The notes beneath the pieces were generated by a model that was given only the letters and a program-made list of their open reading frames with translations, had not been told where the DNA came from and ran no database searches. A stretch of 64,000 nt of DNA, from positions 14,784,001-14,848,000 of the forward strand of contig CP068257.2 in the NCBI GenBank assembly GCA_009914755.4, written 5' to 3'. This document shows, one piece after another, positions 56,199 to 64,000 of the stretch. The position numbers and the translations under genes are program-made. The DNA is from the human T2T-CHM13v2.0 reference genome, Homo sapiens. Numbering within the stretch: position 1 is the stretch's first letter; every line of letters begins with the position of its first letter.

Positions 56199-58356
56199 TA
56201 TTCCTGCTTGTTTTTGGTGTCCACTTGCATAGAATAACTTTTTCCACCCCTCTACCTAAAGTTTATGTGAGTCCTTATGCATTAGGTGAGTCTCTTGAAG
56301 ACAGCACATACTTAGTTGGTGAATTCTTATCCATTCTGTGATTTTGTGTCTTTTAAGTGGAGCATTTATGTCATTTACACTCAATGTTAGTATTGAGATG
56401 TGAGGTACTTTTCTTTCCATCATGCTAATTCTTGCCTGAATCCTTTGTTTTTTCAACTGTGTTTTTGTTTCATAGGTCCTGTGAGATTTATGTTTTAAGG
56501 AGGTTCTATTTTGGTGTATTTCAAGGATTCGTTTCAAGATTTAGAGCTCCTTTTAACAGTTCTTGTAGTGCTGGCTGGCTTGGTACTGTCAAATTCTCTC
56601 AGCAATTGTTTGAAAAAGACTATTTTTTCTTCCTTTATGAAGCTTAGTTTTGCTAGATACAAAATTCTTGGCTGATAATTGTTTTGTTTTAGGAGGCTGA
56701 AGATGGGGCTCCAATCCCTTCTAGCTTGTAGGGTTTCTTCTCAGAAACCCTCTTAGATATTGGTCTTAAAGCCTTGCCCTTGTGAGGGTATTTTCCAGAT
56801 TCTGTATGCATGCTTTATTGTTTTCTATTCTTTTATCTTTTGTCTCCTCTGACTGTATTTTTAAGTAGCCTGTTCTTCACACTCACAAATTTGTTCTTCT
56901 TCTTGATCTATTCTGCTATTAATGGACTCATGCATTCTTCATTATGCCAAATGCATTTTTCAGCTCAAGAATTTATGCTTCTTTTTGGTTATTTTGATCT
57001 CTTTGTTAAATTTTTCTGATATAATTTTGAATTGCTTCTCTGTGTTATCGTGAATTTCTTTGAGTTTACTCAACACAGCTATTTTGAATTCTCTGTCTGA
57101 AAGGTCACATATGTCTGTTTCTCCAGGATTGGTCCCTGGTGCCTTATTTAGTTCACCTGGTGACATCATGTTTTCCTGGATGGTACTGAAGCTAGTAGAT
57201 GTTCTTCAGTGCCTGGGCGTTGAAGAGTCAGGTATTTATTGTAGTCTTCAGTGTCTAGGCTTATTTGTAGCTGTCCAGAATTCTTGGGGAGGCTTACCAG
57301 ATATTTGAAAGAACTTGGGTGTTATGACCTAAGGCGTTTCTGGTATAGGGAGCATCCCAAGCCCAGTAACTCTGTGGTGCTTGCAGACTCACAGAGGTAC
57401 CAACTTGATGGTCTTGGACAAGATCCGGGAGAATTTTCTGGATTACCAGGCAAAAACTCTTGTTCTCTTTCCGTGCTTTCTCCCAAACATACAGTCTCTC
57501 TCTCTGTTCTGAGCCACCTAAAACTGGGAATGGAGTGACACAAGCACCCCTGTGGCCACCACCACTGTGACTGCACTGAGTCAGATGTGAAGACAGCACA
57601 CCGCTAGGTCTTGCACGGGCCTGCTGTAACCATTCCCTGGCTACTGCCTATGTTCACTCAAGGCCCCACAATCAGCGGGTGGCAAAGGCAGCCAAGAATG
57701 GTCAAGGAAAGGAGTTTTAAATGAGGTGGATACAGTAAATGTTGATGACATAGATTATTCAGGCAGAAATATGATGTTTCATCAAGCGGATGGAACTTAT
57801 CAAGAAGAAAATACATAATTCTACTTCCTTTACTTCTTTCCAATCTTGGAAATTATGAAGGGTTAAAAAACTTAATGTTGTGAAATGGGTATGAGGAAGA
57901 GAGATGGAAATTTTACCCTTAGTTCTGCCGTGAACTAGTGATGTGACGTTGCTTTGCTTCTCTGTAAAGTGAGGAAGTTGAACCAGTTGATTTTTAAATT
58001 ACCTTCTAGTTATAAGACTAATGCTGTTTTAATGAAGGGCATCATAATTTTTAATAATAATTCTCTACACCAGATAATAGTCTGTTACATTTCTAGAATG
58101 TAAAACTTGGGCCACTTAAGCTGAAACCTTATGATCATGTCCACATAATGGATTTCAATCTCAGCACCTATTTTTTTAATAATTTAAAAAGATGTTATTA
58201 AATCTAAAAGTCTTAGTTTTGTCATTTTGTTATTTTTTAGCTGTTATTTTGTTTTATTGTAGCAATATGGAGTGATTTTTCTTTTTTCTTTTTACCTTTA
58301 CCAACTGTCAATTTAAACATTACTAAATTGACTAATCGTTTTGAATAACAATGAGT

Positions 58357-58654
58357 CTTTTTTTTTTTTTTTTAAATTTTGAGATGGAGTCTTGCTCTGT
58401 CACCCATGCTGGAGTGCAGTGGCATGATCTCAACTCACTGCCACCTCTGCCTCCTGGGCTCAAGTGATCCTCCCACTTCAGTCTCCTGAGTAGCTGAGGT
58501 GCCACCACCATGCCTGGCTAATTTTTGTATTTTTGATAGAGATGGGGTTTCACCATGTTGCCCAGGCTGGCCTTGAGCTCCGGAGCTCAAGCAATCAACC
58601 TGCCTCAGCCTCTCAACATGCTGGGATTACAAGCATGAGCCACCACGCCCCACC
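58357..58654 (-). mobile_element. Full-length Alu (minus, AluS/J-like) with 5' T-run
   Basis: T(17)aaattttgagatggagtcttgctctgtcacccatgctggagtgcagtggcatgatctcaactcactgccacctctgcctcctgggctcaagtgatcctcccacttcagtctcctgagtagctgaggtgccaccaccatgcctggctaatttttgtatttttgatagagatggggtttcaccatgttgcccaggctggcc...gggattacaagcatgagccaccacgccccacc. Confidence 0.9.
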
Positions 58655-60293
58655 AAGAGTTTTAATCATTACATTCATGCTCTACAGAGCACAAACATGC
58701 TCATGCTTTTATTCTAATGCTCATGTGCCCTTTGTCACTATCAGTGTTGCCAGTCTCATGTATGTATGAGAAGGAACAGAGAATGCCTTGCCACAGTGTA
58801 TCGTTACCAAATACACCACTAACACTCACTGTGTATAATAATGTTAAAGCAGTTAGCTATTTTTTTAAATTCTCTATTTCATCTATTTTCTGTTTCTTTT
58901 CCAGGACATCCATAAAAATTCATCAGAGAGCATTTTACTACTGAGCTGCAAAGGTAGGAAAAATAAATTTTTTTTGGTTAGAAAATATACTTCTTTCATC
59001 TGCGTTTCAATAATTTATTCCCCTTGTTAGATATACATGGAATTGATATTGCTTATTCTGACTAAGTGAAAAGTGTTATTTCTACTTACTGCTCAATTAG
59101 AAACATGTAGTGTTTAATTGTCAGTTTGAATTTTTCTTTCATACTATTACAGTTTATATTTTACTATAGGCAGAATTTCCTCTTTATCCTAAATTTTGAT
59201 ATTCTCCATAATTTCATCGTGCCTTGACATTGCTGTATATAATTTCTATACATCAGGAAGGCAATTCTGTGTGCATGTGTGTGTGTATATATATAGTTAG
59301 AAGTTAGAAACTGAAACTCTTTTTTGTCTACCATCATTTCATATTTTTCTTGCTATTTCAAACCTATAATTTTTAAAGAAACGACTAACGTAATCATTCA
59401 TAGAATATGCTGTCAGTAACTTAACAATATAAATGTTAACATGGAGGCATTTAGTTCAGCATTTGCTTTACTTAATAGAGTGCAGAAAATGTGGCCCTTT
59501 TCTCAGTTAGGGTGTATGTGAAGATAAATTTAGAATTTCTAGACTAGTAAATACTTCTCTGATAATAACTTAATTATAGCTATTTCAAACCAAATTGTTT
59601 AATTGTGGTGAATCATATGTAAATTGTTCAGATGTAGGTCAACACCCACGCCCACATTCTAGCACCTCTTTCCTAATTCAAGACAACTTTGCAGTGCCTA
59701 AAAGAGCTGAACAGTGCAGATTAGAGACATAAGACAAAAAAAAAAAAAAAACACAAAACAATGGTAACATAAAAACCAACCGTGTCAGAATGGTAACACA
59801 AAAACCAACCAGGAGTCAGAAAGTCTCTGTAATAATGAATAGGCAGGTTGTATTTATTTAGACTTTGCTTGATTATTTCTTAGGCTTTATATGTTTGTAG
59901 ATAACAGTTTCCTCACTGCTCACGAGATTTGTGGCAAGCAAACTCATGGTGCTTCTAGGATATTAAATTTTCTCATCTGTAAAGTACATGCAATAGCATC
60001 ATTATTGTCTACTCATTGAACTGAAATAAGGATTAAACAAATCAAGGACTGTAAAATGAACGTGTGACTCCTCAAATCCCATACGGGAAGAACATGCTGT
60101 TTTTCTTGATCTGGTTGAGTCAAAGATCACTGATGGCAAGAATGCCTTCTGTAGCTGCAGGTGAGGACAACTGAGATACGGTGCAATTGCAGAAAGTAAA
60201 TAAACTTTTTATTTTTTGAGCTGTTACATTATAGTTCTAATCTATGGATGCCTTTGTGATGCAGCATTGTATCATTTTCTGATGAATGGCTAA

Positions 60294-60731
<438 letters not shown>

Positions 60732-61908
60732 TAGGTGATTATTGCTGATGTTTTTGGTATATTGACAGAAAATAGTCTTGCTGCTTGTTGATGTATACTA
60801 CTTTTTGGCTTTAATGATAATAAAATTATAATTTTGCCTTAATATAAACTTAATTTTTATTGTCACTTATCACGAGAATTTGTTCAAGGATTTGAACTTA
60901 TATCTGCATATAATTTATGATTTTTGACATTTTCTAAAAATTAATTATCGAAAAAAGTGGCAATTGTTTATTTTAATTCTTAGAGGGGTAAAATAAATGG
61001 TGTATCCTTTGCGCTTCTTTCAATATGAGTATCTTTGTTGTTTTAATTATTTAAGATAAAAAAATAAGAATTACACTAAACATAAAATGATATATCCCTC
61101 AAAGTTAGCTACTACAAAAGTTTTCGTATTTATTCTTTCAGATTCTTTCTTTATATACAGAAACATCAATATCAATATGAGCATATAATGTTTCCATATC
61201 ATATATATGATCCTCTGGATTTTTTTTTGGTGTTTACCATTTTAATTATGGGCATTCTTCTAAGTCTATGTATGTTCTCTATTTCATCGTTTGTAATGGC
61301 TGCACATTAGTCAATATTTTGGATGTATCATGATTTATTTAATAGGTCCTCTAAGCTTTTGTTTAAAAAATAGAACTTTAAAATAGAATAAAAAGAGGCC
61401 TCTCTTAATTACAGGTTTGGCAGGCATACAAAAGAATAATTCTCACTTGTATACTGAATCAAGAAATTAAGGAGTAAAGAAAAAGTGTTACAGTAAAGAG
61501 TCATTGAAAATAGTATTGAGTAAGTGTGTATTAGTGGGCTGGGTAAAGGAAAGCTAATAATATAGATATTCATGCAAGTGTGTTGTAGGTGTGTAAAATG
61601 GAACAGCTACCCATTTCTTCAGAGTTTATCTCAAATGGCACCTCCTTCCATAAGCACTCAGAGACTTTTCCCTTCATTCCCACTCTCACCAGTTGTCTTA
61701 CATCGCTATAAAAATTCAGGGAAAAATAGACCTTTTCATGTTATGTCCCATGTACAAATTCATTTTGTATGCATCTTTTTTTTTCCTCACTAGGCTGTTA
61801 ACCCCTAGAGGGTAATGACTGTGTGTTATTCATCTTTGAACCTAATAGATGCAGAAAAAAATATTCATTCAATTAAATTGGAACAAAGTGTAAGAAAAGA
61901 AAGTAATC

Positions 61909-62229
<321 letters not shown>

Positions 62230-63494
62230 TTACACAGATTTTATAAGATGCCACTATATGCCTTGCTATTATGCCTGGAGTAAATTATAATCAATTCTCC
62301 TGATGGATGAGACACAAATAATATAAACACATGGGTTTGATATATAATGGAAATTATTTTAAATTGAATTTTAGTGATTTTTTGTGGTATTTATGTTCAA
62401 AAAGCATACCGACAAGTCAAGCATTTCAGAAAAATGTTTATAAATGTATGAAAAAGTTGTTTGTGTGGTGCTGAACTTGGATATATATTACTGCATATCA
62501 ATGTGAAAACATTGTGTCAGCTTCAAAGCATTGTGCATATGGAAGACATTATTGCTATTGTTAATACTGTAATAGAATTGCCTCTGCGGATTAAAAATGT
62601 AGATGTTTATGTACAAAATAGCAGCAATAAGTAAAAGAAGAAATTATTTATATGGATTCTATTAAATAAAAAGGGAGTACTGTTTTCAGTACTTTGTGTA
62701 ATGCAGATTGCTACTCATGCCATTTAAATCTCTGACATTGTCTTACCATTTGAATCATGCTTGAAAGAACCTGTGTCCACTTAGTCTGATTTCACTGGTA
62801 AAATAAATTAGGAAAAAAAACAAAAACAAAAACGAAACAGTGAACAGATGTAACGATTGCAATTTAATTTAAAGAAAAATTAGAAAATAGTGGAAGTAAA
62901 ATATCCCTTTGAAACAGAATGTAATGCCTAGTGAGTTCTTTTTCTTATCTCACTTGCAAAAGTCACTAGCTCCAACTCTGATTTCACATGCCTATTACTG
63001 AGCAGGTCAATAAGTCATTGGGAAGAAGGCGAGTATCTTGGTCAGTCTTTTCTAATTTATTTATTTTTTTTAGGCTGTTGCTGAGCTTTGTAAACCCAGA
63101 GGCTGAAACTTAGTGTTTCAAATGCATATCTTAGCAATGCTTTTTTGTTTTGTTTTTTTAAAACAACAACAACAACAACAAAAGCTCTGATCTCCTCATT
63201 GTTTTCTATTTTGCTAGGGATACAAATATAAGTACCTCTAGCCCCTATGGCATGCAAAAAAATGAGTGTAACAACAAATATCAGATAATAGAAAATGGTG
63301 GGTACTGAGGAACAGGTGATCGTATGGTTAACATCTGTGCTATAAGGGCTACTTCTAGAATACTATAATGAACATTCTAGTCAAATGTTCTGACAAATTG
63401 TGTGTTCCAGTGGCTACCACTTCTGAAGATTTAGGAAGTTGAGTATCGGAATTTTTATGTAAAATTTCATGATTTTGAATGTTGGCTCAAAGAT

Positions 63495-63556
63495 AGAAAG
63501 GAAAAAAGAAAGAAAAGGAAGGAAGGAAGGAAGGAAGAAAGGAAAGAAGGTAGGTC
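63495..63556. repeat. GGAA/GAAA purine-rich tetranucleotide microsatellite
   Basis: gaaaggaaaaaagaaagaaaaggaaggaaggaaggaaggaagaaaggaaagaagg. Confidence 0.9.
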
Positions 63557-63574
63557 GGTCAAGGACTAGGGACT

Positions 63575-64000
63575 AAATTATGCCCCCTGCCTTGCAATTC
63601 ATATGTTAAAGCCCTAACCCCCAATGTGATAGCATTTGGAGGTGGGGCCTACGTGAGATAATTAGGTTTAGATAAAATTATGAGGGATGTTCATGATTAG
63701 ATTATGGTCCTTATAAAAAGAGATACAAGAGGGCTTGTTTCCTTTCTCTTGTTTCCCACGTGAGGGTGGAGCAAGAAAGCCATTGTTAGCAGGCCGGGAG
63801 AATGCTCGCTGGGGTATCTCATTGGCCAATATCTTGATCTTGGACTTTCCAACTTCCAAAACTGAAAGAAAAAAAAAATACTGTTGCTTAAGCCACCTAA
63901 GCTATGGCATTGTGTTATGGAAGTCCAGCCTGCCTGGAAATAGCAATGACTACCATCTAATCCTTAGATTCCATTCGAGTTTTATGGGCTGTCCAAGTGA
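63575..64000 (+). mobile_element. MLT1-like (old MaLR) LTR fragment running off the window end
   Basis: gccccctgccttgcaattcatatgttaaagccctaacccccaatgtgatagcatttggaggtggggcctacgtgagataattaggtttagataaaattatgagggatgttcatgattagattatggtccttataaaaagagatacaagagggcttgtttcctttctcttgtttcccacgtgagggtggagcaagaaagccattg...cttgatcttggactttccaacttccaaaactgaaag...ctgttgcttaagccacctaagctatggcattgtgttatgg is the characteristic MLT1-type LTR wording. The subfamily is not resolved. Confidence 0.7.

Overview
This window is primate, almost certainly human, nuclear DNA from an AT-rich, gene-poor intergenic or deep-intronic region. It is not prokaryotic and I found no convincing protein-coding exon, CpG island, rRNA/tRNA gene or CRISPR array. 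Sequence-recognisable interspersed repeats fill roughly 40-45% of it. These are 13 Alu copies (full, truncated and one free left monomer); a 3' fragment of a younger L1 nested inside an older L1 and flanked by an ~18-bp TSD; an older L1 ORF2 fragment at 18.8-21.2 kb; and two older L1 copies in tandem on the minus strand covering 48.6-57.7 kb. There is also a full-length MaLR (THE1/MST-class, ERVL-MaLR) retroelement with both LTRs, a polypurine tract and an internal ORF at 34.3-36.6 kb; two solo MaLR LTRs; an MLT1-like LTR at the window end; MIR fragments; one TIR-bearing DNA-transposon-like element; and many microsatellites. Almost every ORF in the six-frame track is explained by L1 ORF2 remnants, Alu-derived reading frames or low-complexity sequence. 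The most interesting items are structural, all within the 48.6-57.7 kb minus-strand L1 tandem: a ~290-bp tandem duplication carrying an expanding TA/TG microsatellite (55.48-56.20 kb), and a small fold-back (inverted) duplication in its 3' end (~51.70 kb). Other items worth a look are inverted Alu pairs in the 8.4-13.0 kb Alu cluster, an unusual 5'-truncated Alu with a 13-bp TSD, and one weakly supported candidate conserved non-coding element with paired CAGCTG E-boxes near 27.5 kb. The sequence does not support any novel biological system (defence island, operon, gene cluster), and I do not claim one. All coordinates are approximate to within ~5 bp and were derived by reading the sequence against remembered repeat consensus features; I ran no database search.
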